A DNA stretch of 52,221 nucleotides, counting the filler, from Sphacelaria rigidula (lineage: Eukaryota), in the NCBI GenBank assembly GCA_964200075.2. It is 2 parts of 2 records of this genome, joined end to end, with 100 filler letters (N's around TTAATTAATTAA, not from the genome) between each part and the next. Parts side by side here need not be neighbours in the genome. Positions count along the whole stretch, not along the records: positions 1 to 26,067 come from CAXNAA020000149.1; 1 more part is not named here. One strand, written 5' to 3'. Made by a program: the position numbers and the translations under genes. Below the pieces are notes generated by a model. It worked only from the letters and a program-made list of their open reading frames with translations. It had not been told where the DNA came from and did no database searches. Positions 13,201 through 26,167 of this stretch are shown in pieces (position 1 is the first letter of the stretch; every line of letters starts with the position of its first letter).

Positions 13201-16200
13201 ACCGACATCGACTGCTTTGCCCACCTCCCGGACGGCAAAGTACTTTCTGGAGCAGAATCCGGGTGCCTTTTGCTGTGGGAAGGACAGTTCATCAAATGCA
13301 AGATCGCGCGACCAGAGAAGGATGGGTGCCATGACGGACCGGTCCTACACGTGTCTCTGGACAGGACGGATATGATGTTTGTCACGTCCGGCGCGGACGG
13401 GTATATACGTTGGTGGAAGCTACAAGATATTGATCTTGCAGATGCCGACGACGACTCCATGCGTTGCGAGGTACTAATTGCTGGGTATATGAAATATAAC
13501 GGATTATCTGAGGGTGGCGAGATGAATTAAGTTAGAAATGTTTCCCTCCCGATCTTTCTTGCGGGGATAAGTAGAATGGTTCACATTTTAAGCCATTCAG
13601 CAGTCTCAAAGGATGCGAGGGGGCAGCATGGAGTACAAGATGGATATCCCTGAACTTCAGGGAAATATAATACTATACCATTGCTGCGACCCTTTCTCGC
13701 AGTCTGTGAAGAGTTAAGCCGGTAAAACTTCACAATGGCTGACCTGAAATCATCGCCGTGTATGGGGTAATCTGTGCCGTGACGTTCACGGCTTAGGTAT
13801 CTCCGATTCGTGAGCTTTGGGTAGGGAAGGGTGTCGCGGCGAGATGCCTAGAACGAGGCGGCACACGGGGCGATCCCACTTCCGATCATGTGCTCATCAC
13901 GGATGCCACGGGCGCGCTTTGGCAGGTGCGCTATCCGCGTGTCGCATACCGCACTCTCGTAACTGTCACCCTTCCCTCACGGTTCGATTATACCCTTTGC
14001 CTTGGTACCGAAGAGCGACAAACGATGGCATGAAAAGCCTCGTCCAGTGCGTATCGGTTGATAAACCTTTTCCGTTCTCGTTGATGAGGGATGCTAACCG
14101 GATACCACTTCCGTTACACGTTGTTCCCTGACCCGCCCGCCTCCCACCACCACACCTCAGATGCCTGTGCCCGATTCAACATCTCTCGAATCTCGAAGAC
14201 CATCAAAGGCTTCTTCTCCATGTCGAAGGCCCTCACGAACGTCTTCCACTTCTCAAAGATCATCGAAGGGCTCTTCTCTATCTCAAAGGTCCTCAAAAAC
14301 GTCTTCTTTATCTCAAAGACCGTCACAGAGCTCTTCCACTCCTCGAAGACTATCGAAAGGCCCTTCTGTCTCAACCTCAGCAGAAGCAGGAGAGGCAGCA
14401 GAAGCAGCAGCGGCGGCGGCAGCGGCGGCAGCCGCAGCAACAACTTTAGCACCAGCACAACGCCTTACCTCTTTTCATGCCGGCGCAATTACGGGTGTAG
14501 ACACCAGCTTCCTCGAGTACCTGGGGGCAACCTGCGGGGCGGACGGTACTGTGAGAGTGTGGGACTTTCTCACGAAGCGGACGTTGGAAACGGCAAAATT
14601 TTCACGCCCGGCGCAGTGCCTACAGTGGGCCAACGACCACGTCGATCCGGCCGGGCACACCGTTGCTGTCGGATTTTCTGATGGCGTCGTGCGTGTTCTT
14701 GTAAGGAATCCTAAGGGCGAAGGTGGATCCGGTGGCGTTGAAGGAGAGGGGGGCGGCGCGTGTGAGGAAGGACTGCTCCGGCGCGCGCAGACGCTGAAGC
14801 CGCACGACTGCAGGGTGGTTGCCCTGGGATACAGTCCCAACGGGAAGCTGCTGGCTACGGTGGGAGATGACAAGAAGATTTTCTTTATCCGGTCGTATCT
14901 CACGGCAGAGGTTCGTTCGACATGAGGCGCGGGCTGGGTGTGGAATGCGGGTGGCGTTTGTTGCTACCCATTTTGCTTGCGCTCAACAGTCTGTCCTCTT
15001 TTGAGTTTTGCCTACTTGTTTGTTTTGGTTCTGTCCTAGTGTTTTTTTTTCAATGTTTCTCGAGTTTCTCGTGTCCGTACGGTTGCGGCACTCTCTGCTG
15101 CTCAAAGTTCAGTCAGAGGAGAAGCTGAAGTACGTCATCACGCTGACCGAAGACATGACACGCCGACACAACAACTTTTCCTGAATTTTCCCTTTTCCCT
15201 GGTGGCGTGTACGACAGTTGCTTACAGCCGTCAATCACTGCTCTGTCCGTGTTGTCCATCGAAACGGGTTACCATCGCTCTATGTACGCCCGTACAGATG
15301 CAAGATTATCGACCGGTGGGTTTCTACGCTCTGCCTTCGACCCCGACGAGCTTGTCCTGGCGTAAGGATTCGGCGAGGGTTTTGGTGACATGCGTACGGG
15401 GGGAGGTGGCGGAGATCGACCTGTCAGGGGGACACCTGGATACCGTCGATTCAAGTCAGGTAAACGACCAGCGGACCGGTGTGTTGAGGCGTACAGTGAT
15501 GGATGGACTATATTACGAAAGGTTCGTGTTCAGTTCAAATCCGATCCGAATTTCGCGACGGCACTTCCACCCACGAAGTATAGGTGGAAGCCGTGTGCTG
15601 AGGCACACGGTTCAGTGCATGCATGCAAAACACCGTGTGCAGCCACCGCTCGATATACATGCTCTTTTGAAACAGCTACTTCACCTGCAATGCAAAACAC
15701 GGGTGCAACCCAGCATTGTTCGAGCTGTGTATCAGAGACGACATCCGTGCTGCCGTGTCGACCGTTGGTCCCCGACGGTTCTGTGTCGCTCCGACACCAC
15801 CATGTTACCGTAACTCTTTTCAAGCTCTCCACCCTAGCAAAAATGTCGATCAATGTCTTGCAGCAGCATTCATCTTCTCCCTCGCTTTTGCCGGTAAACT
15901 GACGTACGCCTCGCTGCCGCACGCTAGACTTTCGAGATCGCCGACGTTCCTGTTCGATGGTACACATTTAAACGACGGCCGCCACCATCGCCGCCGGTTG
16001 AAGCTCCTCTCGGAGATGCGGACGAAGGGCAGCGCCCCGCCATAGGCGAAGGCAGCCGTGAAGGAGACGGGAGCGGCGATGATGGGGGCGAGGAGGACAG
16101 CGATACAGGAGAGAACGATGAACTGCAAGTGGAGGCACAGCAAGGGCCGCCGCCGGCGCTTGGTGTTGTGTACGCTCGGGGAGATCGCGACAAGTTCTTG

Positions 16201-16500
16201 CTGACCATGGGGGGGTGGGCCCGAGGGGCTATTTTCGAGTGCTCCTGGCAGGTGAAGACGCAACTCGCGCTGAAAGGAGCACGTGGAGTCAGATGAGAAA
16301 ATAAGCTTCGAATTACTGAAAAAGGAAAATAGATGTTTCTCCCTTGGGAACGGGATAGCATCCAAGGCCGTGCGCTGGTTCCTCCGTGAACCAAACACGG
16401 AACAATCCAGTTCAGTATCTCGACGATGGAGGTATTTGAATCCTGGGCCAGTTGAATGTTTGGCAGTAGCGCAATGTATGTGCTGCACGTCGATGATACG

Positions 16501-16589
<89 letters not shown>

Positions 16590-17943
16590 TTGTTGTTATT
16601 GCTTCTCACATTGACCCTTTTCCAGAAATCTACCGCCCTTGGCCACAAAGCCAAGACAGAGAAAGGCAGAACACGAGGAAAAAAGAGTAATACGACCACG
16701 GACAGAAAAATACGCCGCCCCGCAGAGCGGGGATCTACACACGTTAGCGAAAACAAAATGCACAGTAAAAAGGTACGGCTCCAAAAGAATAAACTTGATA
16801 CAGTAAAAGATCGTCGGCTACATGGTACGGTGGCCATAGGAGATCAAAAGGGGCCCAAATAGGGAAACTAAACATCGGTATACCGAAGAGGTCACGACGG
16901 GGTAGGGCAAGGCGAGACGAAGCATGGTAAGGTAAGGTACGGTAAGACGACGCGACAAGGGCCAAAGGATAATAGGGCTGAAATCCAAATATAATATCGA
17001 TGGTACGTATGTCCGTGTCTGCCTATCAAACGTTAACATGTGTGGGATTCATAACCCGTCACACAGGATGCGGTCGGGGTAGGGCGAGACTCACTTATTG
17101 CTGACCACCTCTCGCACACATGGTTCCATATGAATGTGTTAACAACCGAGTCTTGCTACATAGCAAAGTTGTACATACACAACTACTTGCAGTTACCGCG
17201 TCCACCACCCAGAGAAACAAAACCCGTGTATTCACGCTTGCACGACATATATATATTTTCCTTATCTTCTATTTTTCTTAGTCTAATCTGTATGTCTGTT
17301 CTACCTTGTCTGTTTCCTTCACTTTTCTTCAGCGAGTATCTCTCTTTCGTTTTGTCTCGGGTACGTCTATCATGTGGAAAATGACCACGGCTGAATCCAT
17401 GGGAGAACCAGTTCAAGTGTGTCAGTCAATCAATGAGTCAATCAACGACCTCGATCGGCCCCGGTAATAGTAATATTTTGTGTTGCCAATAAAATTTGTA
17501 CCTCAACACACCTCCGTACAATACCAGAAAAAAAGCTTGAAAATGCTTCACCCCTGAATTTTGTCGACCCTGGCCTCAGCATGTCCTTTTGCAAACCGCA
17601 AAAACAAACACACCAGGAGCAATTTCCGGTTCGGGACCTTCCCGCGGGCTATGGCCCAACTGCCGTGGCAGCCACCGGCGCCAGGCCCCCTACAGTTACC
17701 ACCCTCCGCTACTCAAGCAGCCCAAGCCTCGATACGGAAGGCTCCCTTCTGATTAGTGGATGCGACGACGGTGCCGTGACTGTGAGGTCGTCATTGACGG
17801 CGAATGTGTACGCTAGGGTGCAAGCGCACGATGGCGATTCGGTGGTGGCTGCTGCAGCGTGTTCATACGACGGCGAGTGGATTCTGAGCTGCGACGGTGA
17901 CGGGTTGCTTGCTGTAACTCGGCTCAGAAAAGATAATTTTCAG
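10231..17943 (+). CDS. CFAP44: Cilia- and flagella-associated protein 44 (WDR52), WD40 N-terminal half; 9 exons, 3' part not found
   Basis: Exons 10231-10521, 10990-11280, 11989-12156, 13066-13470, 13797-13925, 14161-14910, 15298-15459, 15928-16251 and 17617-17943 are all GT-AG and phase 0. CFAP44-diagnostic sequence includes GTERGY..DF...[76 protein letters not shown] and FHAGAITGVD. Confidence 0.92.
10762..10830. repeat. 24-bp tandem repeat x~3 in CFAP44 intron 1
   Basis: Units approximate tgtactttgttgaca(a/g)ttgtgc... Confidence 0.75.
12323..12492. mobile_element. 170-bp near-perfect inverted repeat (MITE) in CFAP44 intron 3
   Basis: CACACCCTGGACAAAATATGGTCAATAG...CTATTGACCATATATTGTCCAAGGTGTG. 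A second copy lies at ~19783-19965. Confidence 0.75.
12520..12830. mobile_element. Adjacent inverted-repeat element (MITE-like) in CFAP44 intron 3
   Basis: 12591-12670 (tttcggaaac..gtcatttcagagtacaaatatc) is inverted against 12705-12782 (gatatttgcactctgaaatgac..gttttcccgaaa). The outer boundaries are approximate. Confidence 0.55.
14191..14370 (+). repeat. Coding 30-bp minisatellite x6 inside CFAP44 exon 6
   Basis: Units start at 14191, 14221, 14251, 14281, 14311 and 14341. They encode SRRPSKASSP/CRRPSRTSST/SQRSSKGSSL/SQRSSKTSSL/SQRPSQSSST/PRRLSKGPSV. Confidence 0.85.
16501..16598. repeat. (GTT)n microsatellite
   Basis: About 30 GTT units in CFAP44 intron 8. Confidence 0.97.
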
Positions 17944-19782
17944 GTGACCAGACAAGCGGGAGTCAGTGGAAAATGACACAAATTCAGTCAGTTCAACGGA
18001 CGTAACGTCCTCTGACATAAGTCTTTCGAAGACGTGGGTTGTACGCGTTGGGAATTATGGAATGGGGCTGTTTCGTTGTTGTCGTGTTCAAGATATTCAG
18101 AAACACGCGTGTAGGTGTGTACCATCTGCGAGCACTTCTAGATAGATTCATGGAGAGAACATTACAGTAGTCTTATCGTCATATAAAATCACAATATTAA
18201 AGTCATTAGGTCATCTGCACGTGGTGACTATCTGGCCTCTTCAGTACTTGTGTGTAGCGAACCACTCCACCTATCACTGTCGAAAATTACGTGCATTCGG
18301 TGTTGCGATCCTTTCTGAGGTGGTATGTAGACACTACTCTGTATGTTTTTTCGCGAGATCAGTGGCTCGCCTAGAGTTGTTGACCTCTTGACGTCGTAGA
18401 ACTCAGCTCTGAGGGCTCGGCGAGGAAGAAAACATCATGGGTGACAACTGGCCTTCATCATGTTGCGTCGTAGACAGAACCTCCCGGAATGGCCAGCAGC
18501 TTTCAATTTTGCCATGCTGTCTTCGCCCATGCGCTTACGGCACATATATGGGAACAGAAGTCACGTTTCTTGTGGCTGGTTACGAGTAGTTTTGTTGCGT
18601 ACAAGGGAGCAGGCTCCCAACAATTAAATAGCGCCGCTATAGTAGGATCATCAGCGCTCTTTGAGCAGACAACTTACTTTTGGGGTGCTCAGGGCTCTGA
18701 GTACGCAGGCTTTGCACACGGTTCTGGGTAGTGGGCGTTGGTGGGGAGGGCTGAATGGGGGACCATGCTGGACGGCAGTTGACCTTTGCCATGAAACATT
18801 GTACACAAGACCTCCCCGTATGAACAGGGGCATTTCGCTGCTGACAAGGTGCTCACCCAGCTGCTTGTGATGGGCATCTGAGAAAACGAAACCGTGTTCT
18901 CCTTTGTTGCTTGCGGCAGTCTTCTCCTGTTGGTGAGAAGCAGACTCTACACCATTAACATTCGCTGCGAGAGTTTGGTCAAGCAGCGTACACAGTCCCC
19001 TAGCGACTGAACGGTTGTGTTATTGTTTGTCTCATACCACCCGGCCCACCACGACTCCAGCAGTGGTCACCAGATGGACATACTCGAGGTAAATAAAACG
19101 GAAACGCTCCTTGAAGAATACTTGAGGAAGGGAACATAGGAAACGAATGAAAAAAAAAAAAACAGGTTGAGCTGAAAACACGAGAAAAAAATGAGAAGGA
19201 AAAGACAAGAAGAACCTCAGGCAAATATCCCGTGCTATACCGGGCCGGAAAAAACCCAAACACGGCAGGCCCCTGCTACAAGATTTTAGGGAAGTCATAG
19301 ATCACGCCTTAGGATTCAAGGACGAGTTTTTTAGGAGAAGGGGATCGTGTTCGTTGTTGTCGCTGAGGACAGTTTCATTGCTGACGAGCGAGCAGACGCC
19401 GCGTTACGAAGGTACACTGCTGCAGCAGGCCAAGAGCAGGCTTCCGTACCACAGGGTGTGCCGGTATTGTTCTAGACATGGCAGTACTGTCACAGGTGGA
19501 ATACGCACTAGAAAATATCGTCCCGAGCAAGGGTGAGGGGAAGGGTTCACCGGTACGGCAACAAAAGCAAGTAAGACTTTTCCCTGATATCGTTTGATCT
19601 GGCCCCGCTACGCTACTGCCTTCCCCTCCCACGTCGCTCCACACTCGTCTTGTCAATGGCCCAAAGGCGGCTTCGCGGGAGCTGTCCGAACGCCTACGCC
19701 ACCATCCGATCCCGAGGGCACTCAATCCGGCATCGCCCCCATCTGGTGTAAGGCATGTCACCCCGCGCACTGTTATCAATGG

Positions 19783-19965
19783 ACACCCTGGACAATATAT
19801 GGTCCATATATGCAATAGACAAAAATGGACGGGGTAAGGTACAGGCCTATTGCAACTATTGTTGATCGACAATTGATCGAAAATAATAGTTGCAACAGGC
19901 CTATGCGTTACCCCGTACATGTTTTTTTTTGTCTATTGCATCTATTGACAATAAATTGCCCACGA
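19783..19965. mobile_element. Second copy of CACCCTGG hairpin MITE
   Basis: acaccctggacaatatatggtc...tgcaatagac...attgcaactatt/aatagttgcaac...gtctattgcatctattgac. Confidence 0.7.
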
Positions 19966-21444
19966 TGCGTATTAATGCAATCGATGACGCAGCCAGAGTA
20001 ATAGACTTGATTGATTAATTGATTGATTGATCGTCTCACACTAATTGGTCCGCTTTGAAGACAGCTGTGGTCACCATGAAGGTACACCGAAGACGAAAAA
20101 AGGAAAACCGCGCTGGCTGAAGAAAATTCGAGTAGGAGACAGGCGTATCGAAGAGTGAACGATCAGTATATGCTGCAAACATAGTACTCGTGAGTAGCAA
20201 ATCCCTACACGCGTTCGCAGTTTCGCCAGGTACCTTCGTCCCAGGGGTGAGTTTCAAAGTTCAAAGGTCATGTCGGTAGCTTTTGTTTCCCACTAATATC
20301 ATTGTGCTGACATTCGGGTTCCAAAGAACAATATCAAAACTCCATACAGGCGGCATAATGTATGATTACGTAACCAGAAATACCAAAGCACCTGCGAGTC
20401 CAGTCGCTTTTGTGTATAGCCTCATAACCAGAATTGCCAGAACACCTACGAGAATGTTCTGCATCCGGTTGTGCTGAAATCTAGCACGCCTGGTATGTGT
20501 CTAGTGATGCTTACTTCTGAGTGCACTGTCGCTTTTGCACACATCACTGGTTAGTGATCACCGCGCACTATTGGATGTTGACCACGCACTTTCTCGCTTG
20601 ACGCGAGTGCCTGTTACCATAATTCCGTGTGATGAATGAACTGTGTGCGAAGCCATCGAATGTGTCGGTCCCTACCTACTGGGGTCTTGAAAAGTCCAGC
20701 AAGAAACAATGAGTAGCTTGCGCGTGATGGTATTGTATTGGGGTAGCATTGAAAGACAATAAAAAAAAGAAGATGATGCACCATCTCTCTAAAAAACAGA
20801 CGCCGCGAACCGGAGTTATTTTCACCTTGCTACTATACGAGGACGCGGAAACGATACCGCCACGTCCCAATAGTCAAACTGGCTTCTTAATAGTCGACGC
20901 TTGTTTGAACTGGATTTCGTGGGATCCAATCCCGGCGGTGTAGCCTAGATTCTCGGATTTCATTGTTCACAAGTGCGGGGATGAGATTTTCATAAGTATG
21001 GCAGCGCAGAACATACATGGAGCATCTATTACTATTCACTCCAGAACGTGTATGCTGCAGATACGTACAGTAGATCTTGTGCGTCCACAGAACGTGATGC
21101 CCAGACGTTTTTGACGGACTATAAGCTTAAAACATTTACTCTGAGCGCGTTCAGGTACTCTGCTACCTTAGACCCCGTTCTGTCGAGACCAAAAAATGAA
21201 AATTAGATTTTGAGAATGATGATAATAGTGACGGACAGTCGACGGGTGGCACCCATTCGAAGTTCCCTTCCTTTCGAATGCTCATCGAATTGCTCCTTCG
21301 TTTTCACGTAAATGAATAACACAAACTGTTCCATTTTGATGAGAAGATGAGTGCGCGTGCGACAAGGAACTTGAAGTGGTTACCACACGTGGGCTGTTAT
21401 GTTGAGACGGGGTCTTACGACAAGTGTTCCATATTATGCTAACC

Positions 21445-21695
21445 GAGGGTTCGATTCCCGACGTGCCAGGGTTTTTCTTCGTTGTATGTACTTTCCACCG
21501 TGGAAAGCGTGAGAACGGGAGTAAACACAGTAGTCGACTGAGTTTGTTTGACGTGGCTTGACGCGGTGCGGGAGTGCTGATACAATCCGCGAGACCAAAA
21601 AGCAAGGCGTGTACCGGGGAGAGATGGGTTGATCCCTTGAGACCACGGACTCGTCCCGAGGAAGGGTAGGGGTTCAAAGGGCGGCAAAAAAAAAA
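21445..21695 (+). mobile_element. SINE family A copy with B-box and poly(A) tail
   Basis: GGGTTCGATTCCC B-box, a conserved body (...gagaccacggactcgtcccgaggaaggg...) and a terminal poly(A) run. Confidence 0.75.
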
Positions 21696-22760
21696 GTACT
21701 ACCAGATATCTGCCCATTTAAAACGACGCTCCCAAGCGTTGATTGATATCGTTCAGCCTGGGACAGCTCCCTCAAACTTTGTCGACTATCTACCAGTTTA
21801 GAACAACATCCACCAACGAATGTTGTCGATACTTGCCCGTTTAGAACGGGCTTCCCGAACGTCGCCGGGTATCGACCGACTGGGAGCACTTTGCGAGGAC
21901 CTCGGGGTGACGGAGGGCCATAACGCTGCCGCTGTCATACCGCGTTGATATGGCAGCTACCAGGCTGTTGCTCAGCTCTCGCTCTCACTTTGATAAGGGT
22001 GTGGGGGTCTAGAGTGTTTGTTGGCCTGTCGTTTGGTTCGACTCTGTGTGTAAGGGGGCGGGCAAGATTCGCCGCCTCAATCCCTGTTGCAGTCAGTCTG
22101 TGTTGTTCTGGACGTTTGGAGATATCATAATATAAAAACGCCTGTGCACATGCACGTGAGCACACGATCTTCGAAAAAGTACTCCTAGAGGTAGAAATCG
22201 AAACAGAAACATGAATATGAACACGAGCAGCGTGCGATCGTATGAACACCACGAAGGGAACATACGTGGGTACACATTGCACGAAATGATCAAGGTGTAG
22301 TTTGTAGTATATGACTAAGATAAACGATTGATATGGGTTGGATACCAGGAAATTTCGCACAGCGCTTCACAAAAACATGCGCTCTCATTAAATCACCATT
22401 ATTCATCTCGGTCTTTCAGTACACACTGCGGCTCATTATTTCGCCTTGCGTTCATGTGCGTAGTAGACCTACAGGTGAATACTACTTCAAGACGTCAACA
22501 CATACGCACGGAAAAAGACACACACTCACACACACACACACACATCCTATATTTTTTCCTGTCTTCGGTTTGTTTGTTTACTTGCTTGTTTGTTTGTTTA
22601 TATATTTGTTTGTGTTTCCAGGTCACTCTGGCCATTCCTTCATGTGCTTTTCTTTTTTTTGACTTTTTATTCATTTTTTTTACGTCTTAGTCCACGATGT
22701 CGTTGTGTTCGACCGTTTCTGCTCCTTTTCTTTAGCGAGTGTTTCGTTTTGTTTCGTCTT

Positions 22761-22845
22761 GGGTACATCTATCATGTGAACCACGGCTGGATCCCTGGGG
22801 GGTATGCTAAAGTGCGACAATGAATGAATGAATGAATCAATCAAA
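22761..22845 (+). repeat. Dispersed retroposon 3'-tail family (…ACCACGGCTG…GGG…AAGTGCGACAA + (AATC/AATG)n)
   Basis: Similar copies lie at ~5579-5660, 17360-17445, 27040-27115 and 50740-50817, with weaker ones at 19020-19090(-) and 28280-28340. Most are preceded by a T-rich tract. Confidence 0.65.
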
Positions 22846-25780
22846 ACTCTGTTTGCCTCTTCTGTCTGTTTTCTTCACCTTCCCGCAGGGAGTGTTCCCG
22901 TTTTGTTCACCTTACGACTGGAGCTCTAAGGGATCAGTTGATTACCTTGCGACAATCGATCGATCAATCAGTCGATCACGTTCATGCTCATATACTAAAT
23001 ACATGAAAAATATACACTAACATACTTTATGACATTATTGCTGTGCTCTTCAAGGCACTGCATGAACATTTAGGTTGACATTTGGATTCCGCGGGCATCA
23101 ACACCATGTTTGTGCTGTGCACGCGCGCACACGATGGTTGGCAAAGCCATTCTTTTGTTATGTGAACATGTTCACATGAGTATATGAACATGTGCACATG
23201 CACATCAAAACACACACTAACGACAGAAGGATGTAGAGTGAATTGATCATATAACCCCAACGGCACTAGATATACATATGAAATGAGCGCTGGTCCATGG
23301 CGGCATATGTACCCGTATGAAGATTCGATCGACACGTAATTTTTCAGTGCGTATGCACATGATCCGTTTGGCACGAGTATGTTGTTCCCAACCATTATTA
23401 CGTGAACCGCTTTCATCGACACAGGACATCTTTGCTTTATGCCCAGTGGTCGAGCAGCGACAGAAGAGCACATCAGGAGTTTGGGCCGTTGTTGAATATC
23501 TTCCAATTTAGAAAGGCTTTCTAAAAACCTTGTCGGGTGTTTCGATAGATTAGAATGGCTTTCTTTACGGCCCATCTCAACGGGACCAAAAACAAGAAGC
23601 AAGGACCGAAACAAGGATTCCAAAGCAGCATGTCGAATGGTCGCCGCGACATGACCCCACCGCGTGATGCCGTGGTGACCAATCAACATGCTGCTCTTCG
23701 ACACTTGCTTTGCTCTTCGCTGTTTGTTTTTTGTCTTGTTGACATGAGCCGCCCTCAACGTCGTAAGGTATTTAGAGAGTTTTAGAGCAACTTTCCCAAA
23801 CGTTGCGCGTTCTGCCGCTGTAGGGCATGTTCCCCTAACACAAGCAGACGATCTGTTAATGTAGAGCACGGCTTAGTCTAGATCAAATGTCTGGAAGATT
23901 CGGGGCTCGCTTTGTTCCGTCGTACGCGTGGAGAGCTGGCAAAACAATTCGACAGAAAAAGTCGACGAGCCCGGATAAATGCGGATCAATTTCTCGATAA
24001 TAGAGTGCAAAGCAGGTAGATACCGGGGAAAATATGGAAGGGTTCATCAATCCCTCGACACTTCGGCGCTGTCGGCGGAGGGAGGGCGGGGGGTCGGAAG
24101 TACAACAAGAATAGATACGCATACTCTGTACTGTGCGTGATATTCTTAGCATCATGTGGATTAATACATACCTTTGCCAGCTCTCACTTTTTTCTCACAG
24201 AGATTGTTCGAAATACAAACACGTATGCACGCGCACACACACCCAAAAAACAATTTTTTCAGAAATCTGTTCTTATCTTCCCTCATTTTTTTCTTTCGTT
24301 CGTATGGTGTAAAAAAGTTTCATTGGCTGGAGAGTTTCGGAGATGCCTTCACCTTTCGTCAGCAGTTTGAGTTTCTCAGGTGTTGTATGTAAAACAAATG
24401 GGTTTTCGCAACGGTTGTAGTTCTTGAGATATCCATCCACACTGAGAAAATTCGCGTCCATAAAAACATAAAAACAGACATATTTTCGAAAAAAAAAAGA
24501 GTAAACCTTCACAACGACTCCAGCCAACCCTTCAGTACAATTGACGATGGCACGTATTCGATTTCGCGCTTACCCGAAAATACTGTCCGGCGCACGCGAG
24601 ACACTCACGAAAAAAACAAACCCTGAAACGATTAACCCCATCACCCCTTGATTCCGTACGATAAAAAATAAACGGCGACAAACGAATTTTGCACAGTTTC
24701 TGTTGTCTGCCTCACCAGACGGTCTACTTCCTGAGTTGCTCTTCACTTCTTATATTCTGTTCATCGGTTGACTGCGCAGGGCCAAAAAGAAGCGTGGAAA
24801 GTCACCTACGAGAAATCTACCCCCGGCGCCGAGGGCAACCGAGCCAGCCAAGCCTCCTTTATTCTTGAACGACTACACCGATGAAGGGGAGGGTGAGGTC
24901 ACGCAGATTGACGGTTTCACGCCGGTAAGTATGGGGATATTTGGCGAGGGTTTCCACATGACTGGCGTCGTACATGTCTTTTTCACCGGAACCGGTTCAA
25001 ATATGGTCCTGAGGAAGACGTACCTGGTTCAAAGATCGTCACATTTTGTTTTGACTTTCTGCCGTCCGATTCAAAGGCAATCATACGATAGCGGGGTTTT
25101 GTTCAAAATGTGGTCATGTGAAAGTAGATTTCGCCACATGAAAAAGCCCTGGGTGATATTTTTGAAAATACGTGCTACACTTTCTTGTCTTCAACCGAGC
25201 GAAAATTATTGAGTAAAGAGTCCGTAAAAAGGCGAGAAAAAGACATTGATTGTCTGTGTTTTTCTTTGTATAATTATTATTTCCGCACATCAGCCCGATT
25301 TCTCCGACCCGCCGTCACAGAAGGTACACGTACAAATGAAGAAACGTCTGGTTCCCTGCAAATGAACTGCGTGTATGAAGGAAAAGGTGAGAGCGACTAC
25401 ACTCATAAAGATATCTCGCCCCAGGAAATAGAAGCATCAATGGCTTCGAAGGGAAACTTTCAAGGGCAGGTCGAGTAAAGTATACCCAATACCCAGTATT
25501 TTCGAAGAGTCATGCTTTTGGTACTCAAATTTAGGGTAGAGTATTTGAGGTCGTACTCAATCCATCCAAGATTTGAGTAGAGTGTTGAGGGATTCAGGGC
25601 GGCAGAATAGATACAGACACACACACCGGTGGGTACCACAGAGCCACCGACTGAGGGTATAACCAACAACCGATGTAAGCAGACAGGATCTTCCGATCGG
25701 CGGCCCTCGACGCAGCACCCTCTCGTTTGTGACGGCGGTCTGATTCTCGTTTGCCCGCGCGTCGCTGCGTGTCCTCGAAC

Positions 25781-26067
25781 TCTAGACGGGGAAATATCGA
25801 AATATTTTGATATTCTACGAGGAGTTGCACAAGGATGTACGTTATCGTCCACTATGCTCAAGGTATTTATTAATGACCTCATACTAGCAACAGAAGCAGC
25901 AACGCAAGGAGTCGAAGGAGGTAAACATATGGTATCAGGATTGATGTTCGCGGACGATTTTGTGGGAATTTCAGGAACACCAGAAGGACTACAGACACAG
26001 ATAAAGATGGTGCTAAAATACGCTAGGGAATGGAGAGTGACAACGAACGTCAACAAATGCGCGGTAC
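25781..26067 (+). mobile_element. Non-LTR retrotransposon (LINE) reverse transcriptase fragment, 5' truncated, running into gap
   Basis: LDGEISKYFDILRGVAQGCTLSSTMLKVFINDL...LMFADDFVGISGTPEGLQ...YAREWRVTTNVNKC contains the GVxQG motif, the (Y/F)ADD motif and the downstream LINE RT motifs. Confidence 0.9.
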
Positions 26068-26167
26068 NNNNNNNNNNNNNNNNNNNNNNNNNNNNNNNNN
26101 NNNNNNNNNNNTTAATTAATTAANNNNNNNNNNNNNNNNNNNNNNNNNNNNNNNNNNNNNNNNNNNN
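26068..26167. other. Scaffold gap with artificial six-frame stop linker
   Basis: 44 N + TTAATTAATTAA (26112-26123) + 44 N = exactly 100 bp. Confidence 0.95.

Noticed and set aside
14091..14681. Alternative-frame amphipathic peptide repeats (ISKTIKGFFS/FSKIIEGLFS) and the antisense ORF 14114-14458
   Set aside because: These are by-products of the 30-bp repeat. The WD40-continuous frame is 14161 and nothing independently supports overlapping coding.
16283..16862. Poly-V/poly-L/poly-N ORFs
   Set aside because: They are translations of the (GTT)n microsatellite.
26112..26123. TTAATTAATTAA island inside Ns
   Set aside because: It is centred in an exact 100-bp gap and gives stops in all six frames, so it is a scaffolding linker and not biology.
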